This document shows positions 50,186 to 60,150 of a DNA stretch of 64,000 bases, piece after piece. The notes beneath the pieces are model-generated. The model saw nothing but the letters and a program-made list of their open reading frames with translations. It did no database searches and was not told the DNA's origin. The translations under genes and the position numbers were made by a program. The stretch's first letter is position 1, and every line of letters starts with the position of its first letter. Source of the stretch: an uncultured Actinomycetes bacterium (lineage in GTDB: Bacteria > SZUA-79 > Acidulodesulfobacterales > Acidulodesulfobacteraceae); contig CAZVZU010000001.1 in assembly GCA_964631685.1 (NCBI GenBank), positions 64,001 through 128,000 of the forward strand, read 5' to 3'.

Positions 50186-51085
50186 TTAATTAAAAATATA
50201 CGACTCTTCTTTGAACAGATATATATTTTCAATTATGTTTTTTATAAATTTTATGTCTATATCCAAAATTTCCATTGTTTTATCGTTAAGTTTTTCAATG
50301 TAAGGGCTTCCGGAAAATCCTATGCCTAATGATTTTGTTAGAAAATCGGCAAGATTTACTATTGCATTCTCTATTTTGAAATCGTCAGCCGATGCCAAGT
50401 TATGATGATATCTTATAGGAATATATATCGAAGGTGGTAAACGCCACTTTTTGACCAAGACGTAACCTAGGTAATCATGAGAAGTATTCAAGATTTCATG
50501 CTCTATATCTACTAATAATTTATTATCACATTTAGCAGTTTCCACAATTTTTTCAAAATCATCCTTAAAGGTCGTCGCTATAACGACCTTTCCGATGTCA
50601 TGTAATAGAGCAGCGGAAAAAACCATATCTTCGTCCACAATATATTTTTTATTATTCTCTGCTAAAAGCAGGCGACCCTTCTCCCTGTTTAAAATTCCCG
50701 CTATATACTTGGCGGTGAAGGCACAAAAAATACTATGTTCCCATAATCCCTCCATGGACTCCTTCATTGCTGTAAATATTGATGCGGAAATTACTATACT
50801 TTTTAAAACATTAACGCCTAGTAGAACAATAGCATGATTTAAATTGTATATTCTTTGGGAAAATCCGTAAAAAGGGGAGTTTACTATAGTTAAGATACGA
50901 GCGGAAAGACCTAAATCCTTCGTCATTAATTCTCCGATATGCTTCACGGAAAAACTGTCATCTTTCATTAACTCCGTAATTTTGTTCACAATATTTTGTA
51001 TTGTGGGTATGTCGTCGGTTTTTTTAACGGTTGATATCAGTTTATCTAATCTATCGATATTTTTTTGTTCATATTCAGTTTTCAT
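50186..51085 (-). CDS. HDOD-domain protein
   Basis: IPTI, DLGLSARIL.IVNSPFYG, LWEHS, ALLHDIGK, WRLP and IRYHH. Confidence 0.92.
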   Translation of the reverse strand: MKTEYEQKNIDRLDKLISTVKKTDDIPTIQNIVNKITELMKDDSFSVKHIGELMTKDLGLSARILTIVNSPFYGFSQRIYNLNHAIVLLGVNVLKSIVISASIFTAMKESMEGLWEHSIFCAFTAKYIAGILNREKGRLLLAENNKKYIVDEDMVFSAALLHDIGKVVIATTFKDDFEKIVETAKCDNKLLVDIEHEILNTSHDYLGYVLVKKWRLPPSIYIPIRYHHNLASADDFKIENAIVNLADFLTKSLGIGFSGSPYIEKLNDKTMEILDIDIKFIKNIIENIYLFKEESYIFN

Positions 51086-51429
51086 AGATGTTCTGCCTGT
51101 TCTATCACAACGTTTTTTATAACTTCCTTGATTTCATCCATCAATTTATTCCCATTGACCCGCTCAAATCTTTTTTCCAATGAGGCAATTTCCTTTTCGA
51201 TGTATTCTTTATTTCTTGCGATATCGTTATCGCCTGCCCCCCCATCCTTTTCAATAAATATAAAGTTTCCGTCCATTTCTTCCGCTGCAAACTTTATATT
51301 TTTAATTTTGTCCACGAGTTTCTCATTTAAAACCGTTCCTTTTTTCAGTATTAGCATGCCTTTGCCAGAAAGAATATCTCTTGCTAAAACATCCCCGATT
51401 TTTAATTTAGAAGGTACTGTTTTCTTCAT
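51082..51429 (-). CDS. Small hypothetical protein resembling the N-terminal module of HD-GYP proteins
   Basis: LKIGDVLARDILSGKGMLILKKGTVL. ATGA overlap with the HDOD gene. Confidence 0.65.
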   Translation of the reverse strand: MKKTVPSKLKIGDVLARDILSGKGMLILKKGTVLNEKLVDKIKNIKFAAEEMDGNFIFIEKDGGAGDNDIARNKEYIEKEIASLEKRFERVNGNKLMDEIKEVIKNVVIEQAEHL

Positions 51430-51548
51430 ATAATAAAAAATGACATACAGCGTATAAAATTATAATTACTTGAATTGTATTTTGATTTATTGTAATATAT
51501 ATCCGTAATAAAGTAAAATTATATTTTGACGTGTACTGGTGTTTTTAT

Positions 51549-51902
51549 ATGAATTGCGCAGATCATTCCATCGATTTAAAGATTAGAATTGCGAATAAAA
51601 TTTTTATCATAAATAAATATATATTGCTCATGCTTGTTGAGAAGAGAGAGAATATTAGCGACATCTCTCATATATTCGATCGGAAGCTTTTGCTGACTAA
51701 TATATTTATGAGAGTAACTATTGATTCCGCTAATGATAAGGTGGCTATTCTTAAAAAAAAACTTACTGAAATAACGGTGCTTGAAAAGTCCATTCTGGAT
51801 ATTTTAATGACGAGAAAAGAAGAAGCCGGTGAGAAGATTAGTTTTTTTCAAAGAATTAATGTTGCAATTAAGGCATATAAATCTAATAATTTAATAAAAT
51901 GA
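51549..51902 (+). CDS. Hypothetical helical protein (possibly FliT/FlgN-like chaperone)
   Basis: About 117 aa amphipathic helical ORF, apparently co-transcribed with the PilZ gene. Function is a guess. Confidence 0.45.
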   Translation: MNCADHSIDLKIRIANKIFIINKYILLMLVEKRENISDISHIFDRKLLLTNIFMRVTIDSANDKVAILKKKLTEITVLEKSILDILMTRKEEAGEKISFFQRINVAIKAYKSNNLIK

Positions 51903-51905
51903 AGA

Positions 51906-52820
51906 GTGCATATGAATAAATTAGAGGATTATTTCTATAAAAATCAGGATGTTGTTTTTCAAGCGTCGCAAAGAAAATATAAGGGTTTTATATACAGCGT
52001 CGAAGATGGCTATATATATGTTCTTCTTTACGCATCCTTTTCTAATAAGAAGGTGTCGGAGTTTGATGAGGGAGATTACGATATTAGTGCAGACTTGGGC
52101 TTAATTAACAATTCCAAGGCTAATACGATAATATTACAGGATATGAAGCATACTTATTCATTTAAACTTTCTGTTAGAAGCGCAACTAGAAGCGCAACTA
52201 ATATTACTATAAAGGCTGAAATATTGAAATTATTATCCCAAAGAGAAGGCAGAGAGTTTTTAAGAATTTCAACTTTTCTTCAATTTATGTATGAGGAAAT
52301 AAGCATGGAAGATTTTCTTAGTGTTAAAGATGAATATGTAGTAAGACCGTCATTTTCTACATCCGTCTACAGTATATATAACTTATCTACTCCAAAAATT
52401 TATCAGTCGCCCGGAGAAGGTGATACGACGCCAGTCAATCCGCATCTCGAAAGGCTTTTAATTGCAATAAACAGCAAATTAGATGTTATATTATCCCTAC
52501 TTAATCCGGAAGCGTCTATTTTTGCCGATGTCAAGGAGAAAAAGGTTTTTATAAGTGGTTCGGGAATTATGTTTAGCACTGAGGATATGGCCGGTTTAAC
52601 GCAGGGTAGTATAATTAAAATCACGATGTTATTTCCAACCGTTCCGCAGTTTACGATAAAAGTGGTAGCCCAGGTTGTGAAAGTCGAGAACAATGATGTT
52701 GCTTGTAAATTTATAGCGATAAACGAAACCGATAGAGATGAGATAATAAAATTTACACTTGATAAGCAAAGGCAACAAATCAAAAATGCACCACACCTTG
52801 ATCTGACCGGAATGTCCTAA
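51906..52820 (+). CDS. PilZ-domain protein with helical insertion
   Basis: REGREFLR (RxxxR), LIAINSKLD insertion, ISGSG and ACKF..I.E.DRDEIIKF....QR. Confidence 0.8.
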   Translation: MHMNKLEDYFYKNQDVVFQASQRKYKGFIYSVEDGYIYVLLYASFSNKKVSEFDEGDYDISADLGLINNSKANTIILQDMKHTYSFKLSVRSATRSATNITIKAEILKLLSQREGREFLRISTFLQFMYEEISMEDFLSVKDEYVVRPSFSTSVYSIYNLSTPKIYQSPGEGDTTPVNPHLERLLIAINSKLDVILSLLNPEASIFADVKEKKVFISGSGIMFSTEDMAGLTQGSIIKITMLFPTVPQFTIKVVAQVVKVENNDVACKFIAINETDRDEIIKFTLDKQRQQIKNAPHLDLTGMS

Positions 52821-52833
52821 TAACGCTATCTTC

Positions 52834-53625
52834 TTATGATTTAGGTAATTCATCATTTAAAAATGTTGAGAGCACAACTATATTTACGCGTCTATTTAGC
52901 GCCTTGCCTTCAACTGTTTTGTTTGTTGCCACAGGTCTATATTTTCCGTATCCTGCTGCAGAAAGCCTTGTAGGCGGAAAATTAATTTTATTTATAAAAA
53001 ATCTCAAAACACTAACGGCCCTGGCTGTTGAAAGCATCCAGTTATTAGGATATTTAACCGTGTGAATGGGCGTTGCATCGGTGTATCCCTCTATTGTGAT
53101 GTTGTTGTTCACTTTTAATAAATCTGATGCAATATGCAATAACAGAGGGCGAAATTTTTTCAATATTCTTGCGCTACCGGATTTAAAAAAACTGGAACCT
53201 CTGAGTGTTATGACGAGTCCCCTTGTAGATTTGTATATTCTAATAGATGACTTGTAAGCACTGTCTCCGGAAATGAATGCTTGTATATTTTCTCCTATAC
53301 TATTAAAAACCTTGGCTTCGTGTTTTTCAGCCTTAATGAGTTTTTTATTGGATTTAGAAACTTTAAAAGAGGAAGGTGCGACCTTAACTACAACTAGTTT
53401 TGGTGTTGATGCTATATTGGGTGTAGATTTTGAGACGGTAATAAATTTATTTGCGCCAAAAGCCTGCTGAATAGATGTTGCAAGTTCCCTAAGTCTGACA
53501 TTATTAACGCTTGATATGGCAAACATTACTATAAAAAAGGACAAGAGAGTGGTTAAAAAATCACCATAGCTTATCATCCATCTTTCCTTGTTTTCAGGTT
53601 CCGCCGCCTTTTTCTTTCGCCTCAT
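52834..53625 (-). CDS. motB: Flagellar stator protein MotB (probably H+-type)
   Basis: ERWMISYGDFLTTLLSFFIVMFA with the conserved Asp and a Val at the position equivalent to E. coli V43. OmpA-like C-terminus (IEGYTD, NWMLSTARA, NRRV). Confidence 0.95.
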   Translation of the reverse strand: MRRKKKAAEPENKERWMISYGDFLTTLLSFFIVMFAISSVNNVRLRELATSIQQAFGANKFITVSKSTPNIASTPKLVVVKVAPSSFKVSKSNKKLIKAEKHEAKVFNSIGENIQAFISGDSAYKSSIRIYKSTRGLVITLRGSSFFKSGSARILKKFRPLLLHIASDLLKVNNNITIEGYTDATPIHTVKYPNNWMLSTARAVSVLRFFINKINFPPTRLSAAGYGKYRPVATNKTVEGKALNRRVNIVVLSTFLNDELPKS

Positions 53626-53627
53626 TT

Positions 53628-54410
53628 CTACTTTTCCCGATTTTTTTCTTCGTATGCTTTCTTTTGGCTTTCATTTAGGAATGATTTTAATTTTTCCTCT
53701 ATAAGCCTTGGGTTCTCACCATTTTGAATGGATTCTATGCCCATTAGTATAAGTTCGTTCCTTAGGACTTTTGCTTTTAAATTAATCTTTAGCTTGCTTG
53801 ATACGGGAAAGAGAATTACATTTGCAAAAGCAAGTCCATAAAGGGTGGCTGTGAATGCTACAGCAATGCCTGCCCCAAGCCTGCTAGGGTTATTTAGATG
53901 TTGCATAACATGGATCAATCCAAGTACGGCTCCGATTATGCCCAGTGTTGGAGAATACCCACCCGCCTGATCGAAAATTTTTATGCTTTCATCTCCAAAA
54001 TTTTCTATATTTGACAGCTCAGTGTCCATGATTTCCATAAGGACATGCGGCTCTATCCCATCTATCACTAACGATAACGCTTTCTTGATAAAAGGGTCGC
54101 TGGATGCTTCTATGTCTGATTCTAATGCTAGAACGCCGTTCTTTCTGGCCTTGGCCGCATAATTAATCAATTCTAATATCGTACCTTCATAATCTACCTT
54201 ATCTGAAAAAAAAACCTCCTTAATAGATGATATTGCTCTTTTCAAGCTTGATACAGAATTTCCGGCGATAGTTGCTCCCATGGTTCCGAGTAGGACTATT
54301 ACAAGACCTATAGGATCGATCAATTGCATTACGGTGGAACCCTGCAAGAAATTCCCAAAGATAATCCCGCCCGCACCAAGAATGAAGCCAACTATAGACG
54401 CTAAATCCAT
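53628..54410 (-). CDS. motA: Flagellar stator protein MotA
   Basis: ARKNGVLALE, GGYSPTLGIIGAVLGLI, AFTATLYG and GENPR. Confidence 0.96.
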   Translation of the reverse strand: MDLASIVGFILGAGGIIFGNFLQGSTVMQLIDPIGLVIVLLGTMGATIAGNSVSSLKRAISSIKEVFFSDKVDYEGTILELINYAAKARKNGVLALESDIEASSDPFIKKALSLVIDGIEPHVLMEIMDTELSNIENFGDESIKIFDQAGGYSPTLGIIGAVLGLIHVMQHLNNPSRLGAGIAVAFTATLYGLAFANVILFPVSSKLKINLKAKVLRNELILMGIESIQNGENPRLIEEKLKSFLNESQKKAYEEKNREK

Positions 54411-54660
54411 ATTTACTGTATATTATTAATTATAGATTAAAATACTTTCGCATTCTACCAAATTTCATATATTATATCAATAATAACAAAGATTTATATT
54501 TATATCCATATATAATTGTGGATTATTTTTTTATTGAAATAATATTTTATGGAATTTGTAATTATGATATAATCTTTAAAGTCTTAATTTAAGACATTAC
54601 CCGTAGGTTTTGTGGTTGATTTCTTTTTCGTTTTAAGCTGTGAGGGTCGCGTGGGGTGTT

Positions 54661-55629
54661 ATGAATAGTTTTAAATCTATTATGGATGTTGCTAATTCGC
54701 AGATAGCGGCAGCGGTTAAAGATAAACATGCAAGGCAATCCGAGCATGCAATGCATGCTGATGTCAATACTCAAAAAACCGATAAATTAACCCCTGCGGA
54801 TTTAAAAAAAATTAAACTTGTAGCTACAAAATTTGAGTCGCTGTTTTTAGACATGATTTTTAATTCCATGTCCAAAGATATAGAAAAGAGTTCTTTCGTT
54901 GATCATGGGTCAGGATATAAGATATTTAATTCTCTTTTTTATGATGCGGTTGCAAACAGCGAGACTTACGGTAACGGGATCGGTATAGCAAAAATGATAG
55001 TCGGTTACTTCAAGGAACACCCCGCTTTAATAAATAATATGGGTTCGAATGAGGTTAAGACATCTATCGGCAAGCTTTATAGTACCAATAATATATTTCA
55101 AGCATATAAACGTTCATCGGAATCCGACATTGGCATTAGTTCTCTTATACAACAAACTACTGGCGAGAATCCGCTTCAATCCTCCTCGCAGAATAATATT
55201 GATAGAAATGATAACAAAATTGACAAGAATGGATACATTACTGCCGACGAAATTGCAGAAAAAGCCTCAAAAATATATGGAATTTCTTATAATTTAATTA
55301 AAGCCGTTATGAAAACAGAGTCCGGCTTTAATCCTTATGCCATTTCTAATAAAGGTGCTGTTGGGTTAATGCAGCTTATGCCAGAGACGGCAAAAGATCT
55401 CGGCGTGGACATAGATAATCCCATTCATAATGTATTTGGCGGAGCATTGTATCTAAAAAAAATGATGGAAAGATACGATGGAGATGTTAAATTGGCTCTT
55501 GCCGCCTATAATGCCGGAGCGGAAAATGTAGATAAGTATAAAGGAATTCCGCCATTTGAGGAGACCGAAAATTATGTTAAGACTGTTTTGAATTATTATA
55601 AAGAATATAATAAGATATCGAACTCATAA
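54661..55629 (+). CDS. flgJ: FlgJ rod-binding domain fused to an SLT lytic transglycosylase
   Basis: N-terminal KLVATKFESLFL..IF.SM and GIGIAKMI (rod-binding). C-terminal AVMKTESGFNP, GAVGLMQLMP, AAYNAG and GIPPFEET (SLT). Confidence 0.85.
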   Translation: MNSFKSIMDVANSQIAAAVKDKHARQSEHAMHADVNTQKTDKLTPADLKKIKLVATKFESLFLDMIFNSMSKDIEKSSFVDHGSGYKIFNSLFYDAVANSETYGNGIGIAKMIVGYFKEHPALINNMGSNEVKTSIGKLYSTNNIFQAYKRSSESDIGISSLIQQTTGENPLQSSSQNNIDRNDNKIDKNGYITADEIAEKASKIYGISYNLIKAVMKTESGFNPYAISNKGAVGLMQLMPETAKDLGVDIDNPIHNVFGGALYLKKMMERYDGDVKLALAAYNAGAENVDKYKGIPPFEETENYVKTVLNYYKEYNKISNS

Positions 55630-55709
55630 TTTACAATCTCTGTATTTCACCCCATATTAATGCAATACTGGAGTATGTGCTGACAAATAAGGCACTTTAT
55701 TAACATTTT

Positions 55710-57032
55710 ATGGCAAAATTGGTTAATTTAAAGGAATATATCGATATATTACAAAATATTGATAGATTTGTTATAAAGGGCAAACTGACGAAGGCGGTGG
55801 GACTTGTGCTGGAAGCCAAACATCCGTCACTTTCTATAGGGAAGATTTGCAAAATTAAAAGTAAAAATGCGACGGATACGAGGCATGTTTTGGCAGAGGT
55901 TATAGGTTTTAATAATGATAGGGCAATGCTTATGCCCTACGGCGATATTAGCGGAATCAGCTTGGAAAGCGAGGTGCTTTTACTAGATGAAGAGGAAAAA
56001 TTTCCTGCAGGAGATGAGCTTAAAGGCAGAGTATTAGATCCATTTGGGAATCCGCTTGACGATAAAGGAAAAGTGATATGCAATGACTTTGTAAATATAT
56101 TTAATGAACCTCCGCCTCCACTTTCAAGAAAGAGGATTGTGGAGGCCATGGATGTTGGAATTAGGTCAATAAATGCTTTATTCACGATAGGAAAGGGTCA
56201 AAGGATAGGTATTTTTGCAGGTTCCGGTGTAGGTAAAAGTACTCTTTTAGGTATGATAACAAAATATTCTCATGCCGATATAAATGTTATTGCGCTTATA
56301 GGAGAAAGAGGGCGGGAGGTCAAAGAATTTATTGAAAAGAATCTTGGAGAAAACGGACTAAAAAAGACCATTATTATTGTCGCGACATCGGATAAATCTC
56401 CTCTGGTCCGGTTAAGAGGGGCTTTTGTTGCAACTGCTATTGCCGAATATTTTAGAGATAAGGGATTGGATGTTTTGTTTTTAATGGACTCAATAACAAG
56501 ATTTGCTATGGCAGTCAGAGAAATTGGCTTGTCTGCTGGTGAGCCTCCTACGGTTAGGGGCTATACCCCGTCGGTTTTTAGCATTTTACCGAAGCTTTTG
56601 GAAAGAGCGGCTAATTCCGACAAGGGTAGTATTACAGGTATTTACTCAGTTCTAGTGGAGGGTGATGATATGAATGAACCTATTGCAGATACGGCTAGGT
56701 CTATATTAGACGGGCATATAGTACTTTCGAGAAAGATTGCGGAAAAAGGTATTTTTCCCGCAATAGACGTGCTTAACAGTATATCAAGGGTCATGCCCGA
56801 TGTAATTTCCGAAGAACATCTATTAAAGGCGAGAGATGTATTAAAGGTGGTTTCAGAATATAGAATCAATGAAGATATCATCAATATAGGTGCTTATTCG
56901 AAGGGAGCAAATGTGGATATAGATTTTGCAATCGACCATTTGGGAAAAATAGATGATTTTATTAGACAAGCACCGAATGAACAGTGTTCCTTTGAAAAAA
57001 GTATAGATGAGCTTAATATCCTGCTGAATTAA
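55710..57032 (+). CDS. fliI: Flagellar export ATPase FliI
   Basis: GIFAGSGVGKS, LIGERGREV, DSITRFAMA and ILDGHIVLSR. Confidence 0.97.
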   Translation: MAKLVNLKEYIDILQNIDRFVIKGKLTKAVGLVLEAKHPSLSIGKICKIKSKNATDTRHVLAEVIGFNNDRAMLMPYGDISGISLESEVLLLDEEEKFPAGDELKGRVLDPFGNPLDDKGKVICNDFVNIFNEPPPPLSRKRIVEAMDVGIRSINALFTIGKGQRIGIFAGSGVGKSTLLGMITKYSHADINVIALIGERGREVKEFIEKNLGENGLKKTIIIVATSDKSPLVRLRGAFVATAIAEYFRDKGLDVLFLMDSITRFAMAVREIGLSAGEPPTVRGYTPSVFSILPKLLERAANSDKGSITGIYSVLVEGDDMNEPIADTARSILDGHIVLSRKIAEKGIFPAIDVLNSISRVMPDVISEEHLLKARDVLKVVSEYRINEDIINIGAYSKGANVDIDFAIDHLGKIDDFIRQAPNEQCSFEKSIDELNILLN

Positions 57033-57114
57033 TCTAATACAATAGCAATGCGGCTGTCAGGAAAAGAATTATTAAAAAATAAACTTAATTTTTTATTTAC
57101 CGGTAATTATCTAG

Positions 57115-58158
57115 ATGACAATTTCTCACGTGAGAATAGATAAAGAAGAGGCTGTTGGCCTTTTTAAAAATAAGAGTATTCTGGAGCTTGGAAAAAGGGC
57201 AAACGAGATAAGAAAAAATAAACATCCCCAGAATGCTGTTACATTTATAATTGATAGGAATATTAATTATACCGATATATGTGTGTCTGAGTGTAGCTTT
57301 TGCGCTTTTTATAAAAAATTACAGGATCCGGATGCCTATATTTTAAGTAAAAATGATATATTTGAAAAAATACAAGAGACACTTGAACTAAAAGGGACTC
57401 AAATTTTGTTTCAAGGGGGATTAAATCCAGATATAGAACTTGATTATTACACAAGTCTTTTATCTGAAATTAAGGAAAAGTTCAATATCCATATACACGC
57501 TTTTTCACCCCCCGAAATCTACTATATGGCAGATAGTAACAATATGACTGTCAAAGAAATAATCCATCTCCTGAAGGATGCGGGATTGGATTCTATTCCA
57601 GGAGGCGGAGCTGAAATATTAGTCGACAGAGTGAGAAAAAAAATAAGTCCAAATAAAATATGTAGCGAAAAGTGGCTTGAGGTCATGGAAGAGGCCCATA
57701 ATGCAGGGTTGCATTCATCTGCTACGATGATGCTGGGAACGATTGAAACGGACAGGGAAATTGTAGAGCATCTTTTTAAATTACGAGATCTTCAGGATAA
57801 GACAGGCGGATTTATTGCATTTATACCATGGAGTTTTCAGAGTAAAAATACCAATTTAAACCCTAGAGGGGTATACGGACACTATTATCTTAAGGTTTTG
57901 GCTATTTCTCGAATTGTCCTTGATAACTTCGAAAATATTCAGGCTTCATGGGTTACGCAGGGAGCAAAAATGGGACAGGTTGCTTTAAATTTTGGTGCAA
58001 ATGATATGGGTTCCACAATGATAGAGGAAAATGTAGTTAAAGCGGCGGGAACTCAAAATGCAATGATCAACGAAAGGAGAATGGTAAAATTAATAAGAGA
58101 TGCTGGATTTATTCCTGCCCAAAGACTTAATAATTACGATATAATAAAATTATATTAG
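57115..58158 (+). CDS. mqnC: Cyclic dehypoxanthine futalosine synthase (radical SAM, menaquinone futalosine pathway)
   Basis: DRNINYTD, CxxxCxFC (CVSECSFC), QGG, SIPGGGAEIL, QASWVTQG and FGANDMGSTMIEENVV. Confidence 0.9.
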   Translation: MTISHVRIDKEEAVGLFKNKSILELGKRANEIRKNKHPQNAVTFIIDRNINYTDICVSECSFCAFYKKLQDPDAYILSKNDIFEKIQETLELKGTQILFQGGLNPDIELDYYTSLLSEIKEKFNIHIHAFSPPEIYYMADSNNMTVKEIIHLLKDAGLDSIPGGGAEILVDRVRKKISPNKICSEKWLEVMEEAHNAGLHSSATMMLGTIETDREIVEHLFKLRDLQDKTGGFIAFIPWSFQSKNTNLNPRGVYGHYYLKVLAISRIVLDNFENIQASWVTQGAKMGQVALNFGANDMGSTMIEENVVKAAGTQNAMINERRMVKLIRDAGFIPAQRLNNYDIIKLY

Positions 58159-58259
58159 ATTCGGTTTGCACCAAATGATTGATCAAATAAGTTTGTAAAA
58201 AACTATAGCATGTGTGTTATAATAAACAAATGTTATTGTGAAAATTAAAAGATTAGGAG

Positions 58260-58634
58260 TTGATACTCTTGAATGAAGGGAAACTGTTACATTTCAAAAA
58301 CATACTCGATAAAAAATTAGAGATGCTTCTTGACGAGGCCCATAAGACGGTCGGTACGATGTCAAAAGAAGATGATAATTTTCCTGATCCTACAGATAGG
58401 GCTACGTTAGAGTCTGATCGAAATTTTGAGCTTCGTATTAGAGACAGAGAGAGAAAGCTTATAGCTAAAATAGAGGAAGCATTAGAAAGAGTCAGGAACG
58501 GAACTTACGGTGTCTGCATTGAGTGTGAACGAGAAATCTCAGAAAAGAGGCTGGAGAATAGGCCTGAAGCCACGATGTGTATTGCATGCAAGACCAAAGA
58601 AGAAGAGCTTGAAAAAAAATCCAATATTTCATAA
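58260..58634 (+). CDS. dksA: RNA polymerase-binding protein DksA
   Basis: FPDPTDRA, LRIRDRERKLI.KI and the 4-Cys Zn finger CIEC...CIAC. Confidence 0.93.
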   Translation: MILLNEGKLLHFKNILDKKLEMLLDEAHKTVGTMSKEDDNFPDPTDRATLESDRNFELRIRDRERKLIAKIEEALERVRNGTYGVCIECEREISEKRLENRPEATMCIACKTKEEELEKKSNIS

Positions 58635-58642
58635 GTGGAGAA

Positions 58643-60136
58643 TTGTTTGTGAATGTCTTGTTCATGAGTTCGGAGTTTTTTCCCTTTGCAAAAGCGGGCG
58701 ATCTCGCTGATGTTTCTGAAGCGATTGCCGTCAATTTGGTTAAAAAAGGAATAAAAGTTTCCGTATGCCTTCCTTACTATAGCCATGTGCAAAAGCAAAA
58801 TTTAAGGATAATGGGAAAGATAGTGAGGTTAGAGGTTGAGACCTCTCCAGAATGCATTAAGATGTTTTCTGATGAAAAAGATATTGCGGAAAAAATAAAA
58901 TTCTTTGATATTCTGCCCTATAAATATAAGGGTGTAAATATATATTTTGTAAGAAATGACTATCTATTTGATAGAGATTTTATATACGGATACGGTGATA
59001 AGGATTACAACGACAATCTTTTAAGATTTTCTCTTTTTTGTCAAGCGGGACTTGCCTTTTTCAATGATAATAACATAAAATTTGATATTATCCATGCCAA
59101 TGACTGGCAAACGTCATTAATACCCATTTTTTCTAAATTTAAATTTAGATTATCTTCTAAGGTGCTATTGACTATTCATAACATCGCTTATCAGGGGATA
59201 TTTTCAAAAGAGCAATTTGCGTGTGTAAACGTTAGCAATAGTATCTTGAATTTTGAGGGGATAGAGCATTGCGATAACATCAATCTGCTTAAAGGTGGTA
59301 TAGAATTTAGCGATACAATCAATACGGTCAGTATAAAATATTCAAATGAGATTCAAACGGAAGAGTTTGGTTTCGGTTTGTCGGATATCCTTAAGAACAA
59401 GAGAAACATACACGGAATATTAAACGGTATCGATTACGATGAGTGGAATCCGGCAACAGATAAATATATTCATAAAAATTATAATTCTGAAAATTTTATA
59501 AGGGGTAAGAAATCTTGCAAGAGGAATTTGCTTAATTTATTTTTTGGCAAAGAAAAGACAAAGTTGTTACTCGACAAACCATTGTTAGGCATTGCCTCTA
59601 GATTTGAAGAACAAAAAGGTTTGGATATTTTTATTAAAATCATTGGCGCCTTAATTGGGCAAGGGTGTTCAGTAATTGTGCTAGGAGAGGGTGAAAAGTG
59701 GCTCGAAGATGAATTTACAAAGATTGCGGAGACCTATAAAGACGATGTTTCGGTAAAAATAGCTTATGATAATCAAACATTTCACAAAGTGCAGGCTGGA
59801 AGCGATTTTTTAGTTATACCTTCTAAATATGGGCCTTGCGGTCAAAACCAGATGTATGGTATGAGGTATGGGGCAGTGCCGATAGTTAATGCTGTTGGCG
59901 GATTAGATGATGCCGTATTGGGTTATAATGGCCTTAATGCCGATGTTGCCACAGGATTTAAATTTTATGAATTTAATGAGACAGAGTTGGAAAAAGCAAT
60001 TTTAAATGCAGCTGATATTTACTATAATGACAGAAAAACATTAAATAAAATCATATTAAATGCCATGTGTCTAAATTATTCATGGGACAATAGGGTTGGC
60101 GACTATATTTCGCTTTACAATAAAATGCTGAATTAA
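58643..60136 (+). CDS. glgA: Glycogen synthase homolog (GT5) with altered catalytic motifs
   Basis: IIHANDWQT, TIHNIAYQG, GILNGIDY..WNP, QKG and GGLDD are present, but KxGG reads KAGD and EPCG reads GPCG. Confidence 0.85.
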   Translation: MFVNVLFMSSEFFPFAKAGDLADVSEAIAVNLVKKGIKVSVCLPYYSHVQKQNLRIMGKIVRLEVETSPECIKMFSDEKDIAEKIKFFDILPYKYKGVNIYFVRNDYLFDRDFIYGYGDKDYNDNLLRFSLFCQAGLAFFNDNNIKFDIIHANDWQTSLIPIFSKFKFRLSSKVLLTIHNIAYQGIFSKEQFACVNVSNSILNFEGIEHCDNINLLKGGIEFSDTINTVSIKYSNEIQTEEFGFGLSDILKNKRNIHGILNGIDYDEWNPATDKYIHKNYNSENFIRGKKSCKRNLLNLFFGKEKTKLLLDKPLLGIASRFEEQKGLDIFIKIIGALIGQGCSVIVLGEGEKWLEDEFTKIAETYKDDVSVKIAYDNQTFHKVQAGSDFLVIPSKYGPCGQNQMYGMRYGAVPIVNAVGGLDDAVLGYNGLNADVATGFKFYEFNETELEKAILNAADIYYNDRKTLNKIILNAMCLNYSWDNRVGDYISLYNKMLN

Positions 60137-60150
60137 CAAAATAAATTAGG

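Noticed and set aside
55710..57032. Second, non-flagellar type III secretion system suggested by the isolated ATPase and the EscU-like gene
   Set aside because: There is only one ATPase and one export gate set, and no secretin or needle genes. It is the displaced fliI.
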